This document shows, one piece after another, positions 1 through 10,683 of a stretch of 64,000 nt of DNA. The notes beneath the pieces were generated by a model. The model had not been told where the DNA came from. It searched no databases and saw nothing but the letters and a program-made list of their open reading frames with translations. Made by a program: the position numbers and the translations under genes. The stretch comes from Alphaproteobacteria bacterium (GTDB taxonomy: Bacteria > Pseudomonadota > Alphaproteobacteria > MPNO01 > UBA830): the NCBI GenBank assembly GCA_964291215.2, contig OZ219791.1, forward strand, positions 3,136,001-3,200,000, given 5' to 3'. Position 1 is the stretch's first letter. Every line of letters starts with the position of its first letter.

Positions 1-129
1 GCATGAAGGCGCTGAGGGCGCCCGGAGATTGTCCTGCCGGCGCCGAAGTCACCGACAATCGACCGCCGGCCTCGCCTGTTGGTATCGCTGCAGAGGTTCC
101 GGCGCGCGCATTCGGGATCATCGTGGTCG

Positions 130-1803
130 GGGATCGTATTGACCGAGCGGTCACGCTGATTGCGCGTGAACACCCGCGACGACCTTCGCCGGCTGCCAAT
201 ATCTCGTGGGCTCGGCGCACGGGTGGCGCAGCGGGGTTTGCCGCCGCCGCGCGGCGCGGGACCGCTGGATGGAACGACGGGCAGCGCCGGAACCACCTGC
301 AGCGGATCGTCTGTCTGAGCCGTTTCTTGATCAGGTGCTCTGCCCGCATCTAGCCAGCCATGTGCGCATCCTGCGCCGCGTGACTTCGAGGACCGTTTCG
401 ACCATGGCTCAGTTTTGCCGATGAAGGTTACCCTGCCTGCGCGCGGCCAACTTCCTGTGCAGGACCGAAGGCCGGCAGGATCGGGAGCACTGGGAGACGG
501 TGAAGACGGTCTTCGTGGCCGAACTGGAGCGCGCAGGAAGCTGGGGAGGTCGATCATGCGCCCTCGCCGGGCGAAGGTCTGAACGACTGGGCGCAGAACG
601 AGTTTGGAGGGGGGTGACAAGCGACTTTCTGCGCGCCTGGAGCGCCGGCCTTCTGGCGGCCGGTCAGAAGATCAATGCGTCTCCCAGCGCCGACAACACC
701 GCGATCAATGCGTTTTACCGGATGGTCGCCCTCGGAGATCACGCCGGCGAACATTCTTGCGCCGCACCGTGAGCGCAGCATCCGGCGCATCCGTGGCCAG
801 AAGACGGTTCTTGCGGCACGGACCTGAACTTCTCCCGGCTGCGACGGCCTGCAGGTGATCGGGACGAACCAGACCGGGGCCTCAAGCCTGCACCTGCACG
901 CGACCCTGGCGGTGACTGACGCCGGCCTGCCACTCGGGGTGCTGGGTCCGGTGAAGCCCCGGTCGCAGGAGACACGCCGCAGCGCTGGCTCGAGGGGTTC
1001 AAGGCGCTGCCACCCCGGCGGCAAGACGCGCGTCATCTCCGTCGGGAAGCCGACATCTTCGAGCTGTTCGACACGCGCTTGCCCCGCGTCGATCTGCGCG
1101 CCAAGCATGACAGGGTGCTGAAGGAGGGAAGGCTGTTCGCCGTCATGGCCGGCGGCCTGATTGAGATCGAGGGACTGACGGAGCAAGCCAGCCGGAAGAA
1201 GGCCCGCGCGACAGAAGCGCCTGGCGAGTTGCGGTCCGTCACGCTGCCCGTGACGGGCACCGCCCCCAGCGCGAAGCCGGTGTCCCTGCACGGGGTCAGG
1301 GAGCGCCCGAGGGTGAGGATCCCGGTGCCTGCTGACCACCGTGCGGGTTGGCGAAGGAGGCGGCCGACATCGTCGGCTTCTACCTTCAGCGCTGGCGAAT
1401 CGAGGATTACGTGCTCAAATCCGGATGCAGGGTGGAACACCTGCTGTTCCGCACCGCCTGCAGCGGGCGATCAACGCCGTCATCGCATGGCGCATCATGG
1501 TCATGACCCTGCTCGGCCGCCAGGTGCGAGCCGCAGCTGATGTTCACCGACAGCGAACTCGCCTTCCTGCGCGACTACGCACACAAGTACGCCCTGAAGG
1601 AACCGGAGCGTCTCGCCGATGCGGTGCACCTGGTCGCCCATCTCGGCGGCTACCGCAGCACGCCCGGGTCACCAGATCATGTGGCCAGACACACCAGCGC
1701 CGCACTGGGTCACCAAATCGGCCGGGAAATCGGGTTCCGGGATGGACAAAGACACGCGTGAACACGTAAACCATTGTCAACCAGATTTGTCATGACACGG
1801 CAG
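130..1803 (+). mobile_element. Degraded IS4-family (IS50/Tn5-like) transposase with N-terminal DUF4338 domain; many frameshifts
   Basis: Fragments in shifting frames: GWNDGQRRNHLQRIVCLSRFLIR / HLASHV (DUF4338-like); IGTNQTGA..LHLHATLAVTDAGLPLGVL, RWRIE..VLKSGCRVE, INAVIAWRIMVMTLLGR, LADAVHLVAHLGGY (Tn5-like DDE and dimerisation region). Boundaries approximate. Confidence 0.8.
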
Positions 1804-1874
1804 GGCTAGCCCCCCAGTGAAACGCCTCAAAGCGCAAACCTCAGACAAATTTCCAGACATCAAGTTACAGTACC

Positions 1875-1989
1875 GAATCGAGAGGGGCAGAGGGGAAAAG
1901 TTTGTGCAACACCCGGCCCTCATCGCAGTGAGGTCGTAGCCCGAACGGAGATGAGGGCCGGGTGTTGCACTTCAGACTGGAAGTGGGGC
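1875..1989 (+). mobile_element. Isolated IS30-family terminal fragment containing a 21-bp hairpin
   Basis: Flanks are the reverse complement of 34982-35096 (IS30 end); perfect stem 1904-1924/1950-1970. Confidence 0.75.
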
Positions 1990-2322
1990 TCCAAACCGCC
2001 GAGGCCGAACTGGGCGCCCTCGTGGCCAGCGACAAGCATCCAGGCTTCCTGGCTGGAAAACAATGCGGGGCTCGCTGTCTTCACCTTGCCCGATGCTCAC
2101 CACAAGCGTATGCGAACCTCGAACGGCATCGAGCGACCGATCCAGCAAGAGCTCAAGCGGCGCACCTCCAAAGTCAGGGTCTTTCCGAACCTCGCCTCGT
2201 TGGAGCGCCTCTCAACCGCGGTCCTCATCGACGAAAAATGGGAAACCGAAACCAAGATCAAATGGGAACAGCTCGATGACTGACAGCTTCACGACAATTT
2301 CCAGACATCAGGTTGCGTAATC
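1990..2322 (+). mobile_element. IS256-family transposase 3' remnant
   Basis: RMRTSNGIERPIQQELKRRTSKVRVFPNLASLERL is a typical IS256 C-terminus; end AATTTCCAGACATCAGGTTGCGTAATC, with a similar motif at 1848-1874. Confidence 0.8.
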
Positions 2323-2828
2323 GCTCGGTTCACCTGCGCATGGTCGACTCCTCGTCGGTGCGCGTTCACAAGCACGGTGCCGGGGCGTCCCGGGACGACG
2401 AGCCTTCGCAGATCGGACTGAGCCGTGGCGGACGAACGACGAAGGTCCATCTTGGCGAGAACGAGAGGGTGAAGACCGTGTTCCTGACCCCGGGCCAAGC
2501 GGCCGACTGCGCGCAGGCGGAGGCGCTTCTCGCCGACCTCAAGCATGGCGAGACGGTGGTCGGCGACAAGGCCTACGACACCGACGCCATCTGATCGAGA
2601 CGGCAGGAGCAACCGCAGTCATGAAATCCAACCGGACATCGCCACGGCCGCTCGACCGCGAGATCTACAGGATGCGCAACCTGGTCGAGCGGTTCTTCGG
2701 CAAGATCAAGGAGTTCCGACGAGTCGCCACCCGTTATGACAAGGAACTTCCTCTCCGCCGTGCAAGTGGCTGCCAGCCGATTCTTGCTCCGCAGAATCGC
2801 AAACCAATTATTTGAGTCCACAACCTAG
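2323..2828 (+). mobile_element. IS5-family (IS427-like) transposase remnant
   Basis: VDSSSVRVHKHGAG, GLSRGGRTTKVH, GDKAYDTDAI, RNLVERFFGKIKEFRRVATRYDK; ends GAGTCCACAACCTAG. Confidence 0.85.
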
Positions 2829-2843
2829 GCGATGCCCACTGCA

Positions 2844-4034
2844 TCAGCGATATCGCTCACCCTGCTCTTCGCAGTGAGATCTCACCTGTTCGACCCAGCA
2901 GTCGTACCAAACCCACGTGTTCCGATAATCGCCCTCACGGCCAAAACCATTACCTGGATTCTTTGCGTCCAATTCCTTCCACAGGCGCGTGTGACCGTGC
3001 TGGTTGAAACGCGGAAAGCCATTTTGGTTCATCAACCGCACTACTTCAGTCGTTGTGAAACGGTTCCTTTCGACTTCCTTTAGTAGGATGCGATTAATCT
3101 CAGCCGCGTCTTCCGAATCAGATTTTACGAACTGGACGGCGGAGTCTGCCGCTGATGCGCGCTGTTTCACTACGGGTACGAACGCTACGCGGTACCTATA
3201 GGCGGGATCGCGGTATTGTTCATCGGTGAGCATGTCCTCAAAGGTGTTAATTGCAGCCTCGATATAACCAGGAAGCCCGGACGCCTTTTTGAGAACGGAC
3301 CTCTGATCAGCGCCGAACGTGACGAATTGCAGCGCTATCGGTAAACGTCGTTCGAGGCCATATTGCGATCCGAACCATGTCTTGATCGCATTATTGAAGT
3401 TGATACAGCATGCCTGAAGCTTGGCGCTCAACGCATCGTCTATTCGGCTAGTTGCGCGATGCTCGATCTCATGGCGAAGCTTCAGCAAAAATTCGAGGTT
3501 ATTGGTCGCGCCAATCGATACCGGCGATTTCACTTGTCTTAGGCAGGCGCCAAGGTCAAGGTATTTGTCAGCTCCTTCACGAGTTTTCTGCACTTCGCCG
3601 TTGACAATATGGCGATACTCGATCCCTTCGCGTTTGAACCAGGCGTGCAAGAGGTACGACCATGCGATGATCGCAGTAACGATGAAGAGTTCCGCACGGA
3701 AGGTGAGACCAGCCCCGTTAAAAGTATGCACAGCGGCGATCATCGCTTCGCGCGCCTTCACGAGCAGTTCATCGCCGGTTAAGCTTAGACCCGTCTCGGG
3801 ATCGAGATTTGGCCATGACGCCAGAAAGTCATCGAGGTTGTCGCTCGACGCAGGCGGCACCGCGCGGTGCTTGTGCCCTTTGCGGATTTCGAGAATGCGT
3901 GCGTGGTTAATTGATCGTGTGGGTCTCGTGAAATACGCTTGGATACCTTGATCATTGTATCCGCCGCGCGCGAGCATCGCTTTTACTATCGCGATCTCCC
4001 AACGTTCAAGTCGGTTACCTCTTTTTCCTGCCAT
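2844..4034 (-). CDS. DUF3644 domain-containing protein (possible defence protein)
   Basis: 396-aa intact, lower-GC ORF; ELLVKAREAMIAAVHTFN..FRAELFIVTAIIAWSYLLHA, LRHEIEH motif. Confidence 0.75.
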   Translation of the reverse strand: MAGKRGNRLERWEIAIVKAMLARGGYNDQGIQAYFTRPTRSINHARILEIRKGHKHRAVPPASSDNLDDFLASWPNLDPETGLSLTGDELLVKAREAMIAAVHTFNGAGLTFRAELFIVTAIIAWSYLLHAWFKREGIEYRHIVNGEVQKTREGADKYLDLGACLRQVKSPVSIGATNNLEFLLKLRHEIEHRATSRIDDALSAKLQACCINFNNAIKTWFGSQYGLERRLPIALQFVTFGADQRSVLKKASGLPGYIEAAINTFEDMLTDEQYRDPAYRYRVAFVPVVKQRASAADSAVQFVKSDSEDAAEINRILLKEVERNRFTTTEVVRLMNQNGFPRFNQHGHTRLWKELDAKNPGNGFGREGDYRNTWVWYDCWVEQVRSHCEEQGERYR

Positions 4035-4066
4035 AACTTGACTCGACGGTTTCGCTCGTCATCGGT

Positions 4067-4575
4067 GGGAATGTTCCGCTCTGTGTTGAAATTCGCCTGA
4101 GCGGCGCTGCGTGATGGAAGGTTATGCTGCGTCCTTGATCTGGTCAAGCGGGCGGTTCTTGCGATGCGCAATCAGGGCCTTCTTGAGCAGAGGCATTTGC
4201 TTGTATGCGTTGATGGGCCGGAACCCTTTCCTGGCTTCGAGCATTCCAGCGGCGGTCCAGCGCAAGGCCATTTTGGCGTTCCTCCATCGCTTCACGTTCC
4301 GGCAGACCTGGCGGATGACGCTGTTCATCGATTCGATGATATTGGTGCTGGCCAGTGATCGCCGCAGTTCAAGCGGCAGCCTGACAAGGGTCAGGATTTC
4401 ATCAAGACCTTCCAGGATCGAGCGCGAGACATCGGGAGCCTCCTGCTCAAAGCGCCGCGCGAGATTGCGCATCAGGCGTTCGGCCTTGTCGGCATCGTCT
4501 ATCTTCAAAGGCCTGCTTCAGGGCGCGGCGGACAGCGGCATGGTGCCGGGGAGCGAGGCGGTGTTGCGCGCCTTC
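4067..4575 (-). mobile_element. IS256-family transposase 3' remnant
   Basis: LRRSLASTNIIESMNSVIRQVCRNVKRWR..MALRWTAAGMLEA. Confidence 0.8.
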
Positions 4576-4618
4576 TGACAGCGCTGGATTGGAATGTCCG
4601 CCCCGAAGGTCCGCTCGA

Positions 4619-6376
4619 TCATGGCTCGTTGAAAGAGCCCGGGGCATCTATCTGTACAGTCACGATGTCGAGCCCGTGATACTGCTGGTGGCTGACCGTG
4701 GACGCAAGATGCCTCAACAGGCGAAGGGAGACTTCGCGCTCCACCGGCGCGCCTGTCGTCGGCTCGCCGAGCAGGGCGATCCGATCCTGAAGGTTCTCTT
4801 CACTGGTCGAGGCGATGAACTCAAGGATCGCGCCGCCATCTTCCTTTCGCGCGATGATCTGAAAATGCCGCGCATCCTGTTCGGAGCGGGCGTCTTCCTC
4901 TCCGAGGAGGGTCAGCAGCGTTTCCTCGCTGGCCGCATCAATGCGGCCCGTCATTTCGGGATCCCAGCCGTGGCGGGCAGAGAAATCGTTCAGGAACATC
5001 CGGATTTCCGGCAGGGCGGAGAGATCGAATTTCGTCCTGAGCCGGCGCGGGCGGGATTCGGTCAGCTCCACGGCGAGCGTGAGGAAGATGGCGACGAGAC
5101 CGCCGGCCGTCATGCCGTTCTGCAGCAGGCCGCCGATGAGACCCGAGAAATATTCGGGGAAGATCGCCCCGCTCTGGAAACCGACGCCGATCCAGAAGGA
5201 AACGCCCGCGATAAGGCTCTTGCGGTGGTCGGCGCCATCTTGGACGATGATTTTCAGCCCGACCATGAAGAGCATGGCCAGCAACACGGTGGCATAGGCC
5301 CCCACGACCGGGTCTGGAACCGCCAGGACCAGCGCGAGCATCTTGGGCAGAAACGCCAGCACGACGAATATCACGCCGATGACGACCCCGATTCTGCGCG
5401 CTGCCACGCCTGTCAGTTCAGTTACCGAAATGCTGGTTGAATAGGTCGTGTTCGGCACCGTTCCGGCGAGGCCGGATAGGAGATTGCCAGTGCCATCCGC
5501 GGCGACGGCCCCTTGCACTGACCGGTAGTCCACAGCGCGTGGGCGGCGCCAGGACACGCGCTGTATGGCGACCGAATCGCCGATGGTCTCGATTGCACCG
5601 ATGAGGGTGACGAACACGAAGGCGGGCAGGAGGGTCCAGAAAACCGGTCCGAAGCTCAGGTCGAAGCCGGGCCAATCCCCGTGCGGAAGGCCGATCCAGG
5701 AGGCTCGCGCTATGCGGTCGACATCGTACAGTCCGAAGAAACCCGCGACAACGGAACCCGCGACAACGCCGATGACTGGCGCCCAGAGGCGCAGGCTGCC
5801 CCTTGCCCTCAGCGCTATTCCGAGCATGACGAGCACCGTGACAAGTGCGCTCACCGGGGCGCCCGTCGCGGCCACACCCTCCGGGGACTGGCCCAGCATC
5901 TTGAAGATGATCGGCATCACCGTGACCGGTATCAGCATGAGCACGGTACCGGCGACGGTCGGAGTCAGGATGCGCCGGAACAGCGAGAGGCGTCCCGCAA
6001 GGGCGAACTGGAACAGTGACGAGATGACGACAAGGGTCGCCAGCATCGCGGGTCCGCCCTTGGCGAGCGCTGTCACACAGACGGCTATGAAGGCGCCCGA
6101 CGTCCCCATGAGCAGCACGTATCCCGCGCCGATGCGCCCGACGCGCACCGCTTGCACAATCGTGGTGGCGCCGCTGATCGCGACTGCCGCAAACACCGCC
6201 CAGGACATGTAGGCCTCGTCTCCGCCGGAGGCACGGACCACGATCGCTGGCGTTAGCACGATTCCTGCTATGCAGAGGATGGCAAGTTGAAGACCAAGCC
6301 CGAAACTGAGCGCGGCAGGCGGCTTCTCGTTGGCCTCGTAGCGGATGTGGTGCTGGATCGACGGCTGATTGGTCAT
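4619..6376 (-). CDS. NCS2 (xanthine/uracil) family permease with C-terminal HATPase-like extension
   Basis: LGLQ in TM1, ETIGD, ADG.GNLLSGL.G.VPNTTYS, many TM helices; soluble tail of about 145 aa. Confidence 0.85.
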   Translation of the reverse strand: MTNQPSIQHHIRYEANEKPPAALSFGLGLQLAILCIAGIVLTPAIVVRASGGDEAYMSWAVFAAVAISGATTIVQAVRVGRIGAGYVLLMGTSGAFIAVCVTALAKGGPAMLATLVVISSLFQFALAGRLSLFRRILTPTVAGTVLMLIPVTVMPIIFKMLGQSPEGVAATGAPVSALVTVLVMLGIALRARGSLRLWAPVIGVVAGSVVAGFFGLYDVDRIARASWIGLPHGDWPGFDLSFGPVFWTLLPAFVFVTLIGAIETIGDSVAIQRVSWRRPRAVDYRSVQGAVAADGTGNLLSGLAGTVPNTTYSTSISVTELTGVAARRIGVVIGVIFVVLAFLPKMLALVLAVPDPVVGAYATVLLAMLFMVGLKIIVQDGADHRKSLIAGVSFWIGVGFQSGAIFPEYFSGLIGGLLQNGMTAGGLVAIFLTLAVELTESRPRRLRTKFDLSALPEIRMFLNDFSARHGWDPEMTGRIDAASEETLLTLLGEEDARSEQDARHFQIIARKEDGGAILEFIASTSEENLQDRIALLGEPTTGAPVEREVSLRLLRHLASTVSHQQYHGLDIVTVQIDAPGSFNEP

Positions 6377-6642
6377 GTTGACGCGCTCCTTGGTCGACTA
6401 CGGATTGGCCGGTCGCCGTGCGGCCGGGAAACTCCAGATTTTCGCTTGGCCATCGTTCAGTTGCGCCTCGACGCGGTTTCCCGGTGTCGGGAAAAGATGG
6501 TCACGCGACTTCGCGGTTCGCATTGCCGGCACCCGCCGTGCGAAACCGTACGCTTGGAACTGCCGAGCTCGTCCCATCGTCCGGGCGCCGGTAGCGGCAC
6601 TTCCGGTAAGCTGTTCCCGGCGTCCCGAAGGCGCGGGGGGTA

Positions 6643-7220
6643 TCAGGTGCTCACCGTGAACGGTATCAGCTTGATGCCCCGGTGGTTCATGTTAGTCGTG
6701 CCATCAGGAAAGAACATGTCCTGCCCGTAACCGCCGGGCCTTTCTGTTCGTACGGTGATCGCGACCGACCGCTCTCCGTTGTTCGATTCCGCGTGAATCT
6801 GCCAAGGCCTTGCCAGGTCGACGTGCCCCGTTGGTGCTTGGTAACGGCTCGAAATCTCGATCGTTGCCCGTCCCGGCTCCTTGCCGCCGTCTGTGCGGAT
6901 GGTACAGGGTCGTGATCTCGGTCCCGTCAAGAACGCCATAGGCGGTCCAGGTATGTGCGTGATCGTGCGGCAGCGCTTCGTGCCGGCCTGACGAGGCCCC
7001 CGACAAAGAAGCCGTAATCGGGGTCGTGATGGAGAAGGAGCTCTTCGCCCCGGCCGCCCGGCCAGCTGCGGCTGGCAAAACGCAGCTTGCCCTGATCGAT
7101 AAATATGCCCAACCGGTCCTTCACAGGGAGCCAGTGGTCTTCTTCATCCAGCCCCTCGCCCCAGAGCGTGTGGAGATCGTCGATGAATGCCTCGAACGCA
7201 GGATGGGCAGGTTCGTTCAT
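6643..7220 (-). pseudogene. Cysteine dioxygenase-like cupin, frameshifted
   Basis: Pieces in three frames: LLLHHDPDYGFFVGGLV / PHDHAHTWTAYGVLDGTE / PWQIHAESN. Confidence 0.65.
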
Positions 7221-7587
7221 TTGCATCCTTTTCGGTCGCATCGGTCAGATCGTCTTTGTCGCCCGCGTTTGCAGCAGGTGCCGGAACTTGATTCGCGGTT
7301 GGTGGATATCGCGGTCGATCGCCGCCCGGACACGTTATTTCGATGAGGATACGCAGTCTGAACACCCTTGACAAGCGGGAAAGGAATACCGGTACGAGCT
7401 CCTCGTTTCAACAGAATAGAAAATATATTTCAAATGTTTGTATCATTTATCTCATTAATAAAAGTAACTACTTGTCCCTTCTTATCATGGATCGCCCTTC
7501 CTGACGGTGTTCGGATCAGGCCTCTTCTGTTGCCATGTTCACTCGCTCGCTGCCGGTGACCGGCGGGCGTCCATCTGGCGCGGGGGT

Positions 7588-8730
7588 TCAGTTCCAGAGC
7601 TCGCCGGTCGCGATCTCGGCGCCGGCGATCAGCGCTTCGAGCTTGGCGAACGCGATTTCGGCGTCGACGGCTCCGAAGCCGGCGAAGGTCGCAAAACCGC
7701 AGTCAGTCCCGGCAATCACACGCTCGCGCCCGACAATGTCCGTGAACACGCGGATGCGGTCGGCGACGAGACGCGGATGCTCGACATAGTTCGTCGTGCT
7801 GTCGATCACGCCCGGGATCAGGATCAGATCATCGGGCAGGCGAGCGTCCCGCCACGCCCGCCATTCATGGGCGTGACGCGGATTGGATGTTTCGAACAGA
7901 AGCGCCTGGGCTTTTGCCGTGACGAGAAGTGGCAGGATCTTCTCCATCGCCAAGTCATGAGTGTGCGGCCCCTCGTAGTTGCCCCAGCAGATATGCAGGC
8001 GAATCCGTTCGCGGGGCACATCCGCGAGCGCTGCATTCAGGAGTTCGATGTGAAGTGCGGAAACCCTTAGGAAATCCTCCTCCGGGCGGTCCGAAAACAG
8101 GACATGGCGGCCGAGCGCTAGATCCGGCGCATCAATCTGCAAGACGAGTCCGGCGGCCGTGATCGCCTCGTATTCGGCTTTCATGGCGTCGGCCAGGTCC
8201 GCAACATACGCCTCGTGGTTCGAATGATAGCTTGACGGCTGGAACTGGGCGATGACGCCCGGCGATGCGGCGTTCATGAAGCCGTGCGTGTAGCCGGCCG
8301 CGCCGAGTGCGCCGCGGAAGCGCGTCACATCGTTCTCCAGCGGTTGCAGATTCTTGACGGCGACCGGGCCCACGCAACAGGGGCGGCGGTAGGTCGGCGT
8401 GCCGCCGCTCTGGCCCAGCCGCGCCATGTAGGACGGGTAGTCGGCCAGATCCGCGGGCGGGCGACGAGGGCTGTCGCCCTCGAAACCGCTCAGCCGGTCC
8501 TTGATGTAGGTGGCGTAGGAAATCTTGCTGAACTCGCCGTCGGACGGAATGTCTATCCCGATGCTGCGCTGCCGCACCACCACGTCCCGCACGGCGGCAT
8601 CGACCGTAGCGGTAAAGTCCGCGTCCGCCACCGTTTCTCCCTTCTCGCGGGCAAACAGGAGGTCGGCGACTTCGGCCGGCCGCGGCAGGCTCCCGACATG
8701 GGTGGTCTGTATGTGATCGGTATTGAACAC
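7588..8730 (-). CDS. Cobalamin-independent methionine synthase II (MetE C-terminal-like) family protein
   Basis: TTHVGSLPRP, SDGEFSK, LQIDAPDL, HICWGNY, ETSNPRH, GTDCGF; GTG start after AAGGAG. Confidence 0.9.
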   Translation of the reverse strand: MFNTDHIQTTHVGSLPRPAEVADLLFAREKGETVADADFTATVDAAVRDVVVRQRSIGIDIPSDGEFSKISYATYIKDRLSGFEGDSPRRPPADLADYPSYMARLGQSGGTPTYRRPCCVGPVAVKNLQPLENDVTRFRGALGAAGYTHGFMNAASPGVIAQFQPSSYHSNHEAYVADLADAMKAEYEAITAAGLVLQIDAPDLALGRHVLFSDRPEEDFLRVSALHIELLNAALADVPRERIRLHICWGNYEGPHTHDLAMEKILPLLVTAKAQALLFETSNPRHAHEWRAWRDARLPDDLILIPGVIDSTTNYVEHPRLVADRIRVFTDIVGRERVIAGTDCGFATFAGFGAVDAEIAFAKLEALIAGAEIATGELWN

Positions 8731-8789
8731 GCTCGTTCTCCTTCGTCGATGAACGGGCCGAGCCGGCCCCCGTCGCCGCAGGATGCGGC

Positions 8790-9848
8790 TTAGTTGCGCG
8801 CCAGCCGCTGCTGCGTATCGGCGTCGAAGAGATGCGCATGCGAGATGTCGACGCACACGCCGACGGTCTCCCCGATGTTCTTGCGCAGGTGCCGGGGTCC
8901 CCGCGCCGAGACCAGTTGTCCGCCGACGGTCACGGTGACGAGAACCGCGTCGCCAGTCAGTTCCATGGTGTAAACGGGGGCATCGAAGTCGCCCGCTCCC
9001 GCTTCGACGACGGCAAGGTCCTCGGGTCGGACCCCGAGCACCACGCCGCTGCGGGTACCGCCGCCGACGTCCGGTACAGAGACGCCTTCGGCGACGAAGT
9101 CGCCAGCATCGGTTGCGCCCCTGATCAGGTTCATCGGCGGCGAGCCTATGAATCCTGCGACGAACAGGTTGGCGGGATTGTCGTAGATCTCCTCCGGGGT
9201 CGCGAGCTGCTGGATGATGCCAAGATTCATCACCGCTACGCGGTCGGCGAGGGTCATCGCCTCGATCTGGTCGTGGGTGACGTAGATCGTGGTCGTCGCC
9301 AGTTCGTGCTGCAGATGCTTGAGCTCGGCGCGTGTCGACACCCGGAGTTTCGCGTCGAGGTTCGAAAGCGGCTCGTCCATCAGGAATACTCGTGGTTCCC
9401 GCACGATGGCGCGGGCCAGCGCCACGCGCTGGCGTTGGCCGCCGGACAGCTGCCGGGGCTTGCGGTCGAGAAGTTCGCCGAGCTGGACGCGCGATGCTGC
9501 GAGATTGATGCGTTCGTCCCAGTCGTCCTTCGGGATCCTGCGCACCTTGAGCGGGTAGGCGATGTTCTCGCGCACCGACATGTGCGGATAGAGCCCGTAG
9601 TTCTGGAACACCATCGCCACGTCGCGATCCTTGGGCAGATCGTCATTGACCATGCGATCGCCAATCCAGATCTCGCCCTCGGTCGGATCCTCGAGCCCGG
9701 CGATCATGCGCATCGTCGTGGTCTTGCCGCATCCCGACGGCCCCAGCAACACGAGGAATTCGCGGTCGCGAATCTCGAGCGACTGGTTGTCGACGCCGAC
9801 CACATCGCCCCATCGCTTGGTGACATTCTTCAGCGAGACGTTTGCCAT
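8790..9848 (-). CDS. Carbohydrate ABC transporter ATP-binding protein (MalK/UgpC type)
   Basis: GPSGCGKTT, LSGGQRQR, DEPLSNLDAKLR, TOBE tail. Confidence 0.95.
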   Translation of the reverse strand: MANVSLKNVTKRWGDVVGVDNQSLEIRDREFLVLLGPSGCGKTTTMRMIAGLEDPTEGEIWIGDRMVNDDLPKDRDVAMVFQNYGLYPHMSVRENIAYPLKVRRIPKDDWDERINLAASRVQLGELLDRKPRQLSGGQRQRVALARAIVREPRVFLMDEPLSNLDAKLRVSTRAELKHLQHELATTTIYVTHDQIEAMTLADRVAVMNLGIIQQLATPEEIYDNPANLFVAGFIGSPPMNLIRGATDAGDFVAEGVSVPDVGGGTRSGVVLGVRPEDLAVVEAGAGDFDAPVYTMELTGDAVLVTVTVGGQLVSARGPRHLRKNIGETVGVCVDISHAHLFDADTQQRLARN

Positions 9849-10675
9849 CAGCGTACAGCTCCCATGGTCATGCCCTGCACGAAATGCTTCTGGATGATCA
9901 GCGCCAGGATGAACATCGGCACCATGATGATAATTCCCGCCGCTGCGAGCAGGTTCCAGAGATCGCCCTCCTCAGCCTTGAACAGCGCGAGGCCGACCGG
10001 CAGCGTGACCGCCTCGTTGTTGGTGAGGATGAGCGCAAACAGGAAATCGTTCCAGGCAATGATGAAACAGAAGATCGACGCGGTGATGATTCCTGGCGCT
10101 GCCATCGGCAAGACGATGTTGCGGATAACCTGGAGGCGGGTCGACCCGTCGACGAGCGCGGACTCCTCGGTGTCGATAGGGATGCCATCGATGAAGCCCT
10201 TGATCATCCAGACCCCGAATGGCATGACGATCGAGAGATTGACGATGATCAGGCCGAGGCGCGTGTCGAGAATGCCGAAGTCTCGGAACATCAGGAAGAA
10301 CGGCAGCACGATGACGACGGCGGGCAGGAACTGGGTCGCCAGGATCATCACAAACATGACGCGCTGGCCACGCAGCCGGAAGCGGGAGAAGCTGTAGGCG
10401 GCCATTGTCGCCAGCGGTATCGCGATTGCTACCGTAACCAGCGCGACGATGGTACTGTTCCACAGCTTATCGTGCAGGTTGTACGGAGAATCAAAGACTT
10501 GGAGGAAATTCTCGAAAGTCGGCGTGAAGAACAGCTTCAGCTGGTAGACGTCGACATGCGTCTTGAATGCCGCCATTGCGATCCAGATGATCGGCACCAT
10601 CATGACCGCGGCGGCAATCAGGATGAGCGCAATCCTGACGGCCTCTCCCGCGGTTTTTTTCTGACGGTTGTTCAT
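9848..10675 (-). CDS. Carbohydrate ABC transporter permease
   Basis: EESALVDG EAA-like motif, AWNDFLFAL; start MNNRQKK. Confidence 0.93.
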   Translation of the reverse strand: MNNRQKKTAGEAVRIALILIAAAVMMVPIIWIAMAAFKTHVDVYQLKLFFTPTFENFLQVFDSPYNLHDKLWNSTIVALVTVAIAIPLATMAAYSFSRFRLRGQRVMFVMILATQFLPAVVIVLPFFLMFRDFGILDTRLGLIIVNLSIVMPFGVWMIKGFIDGIPIDTEESALVDGSTRLQVIRNIVLPMAAPGIITASIFCFIIAWNDFLFALILTNNEAVTLPVGLALFKAEEGDLWNLLAAAGIIIMVPMFILALIIQKHFVQGMTMGAVR

Positions 10676-10683
10676 CGTCCCGC

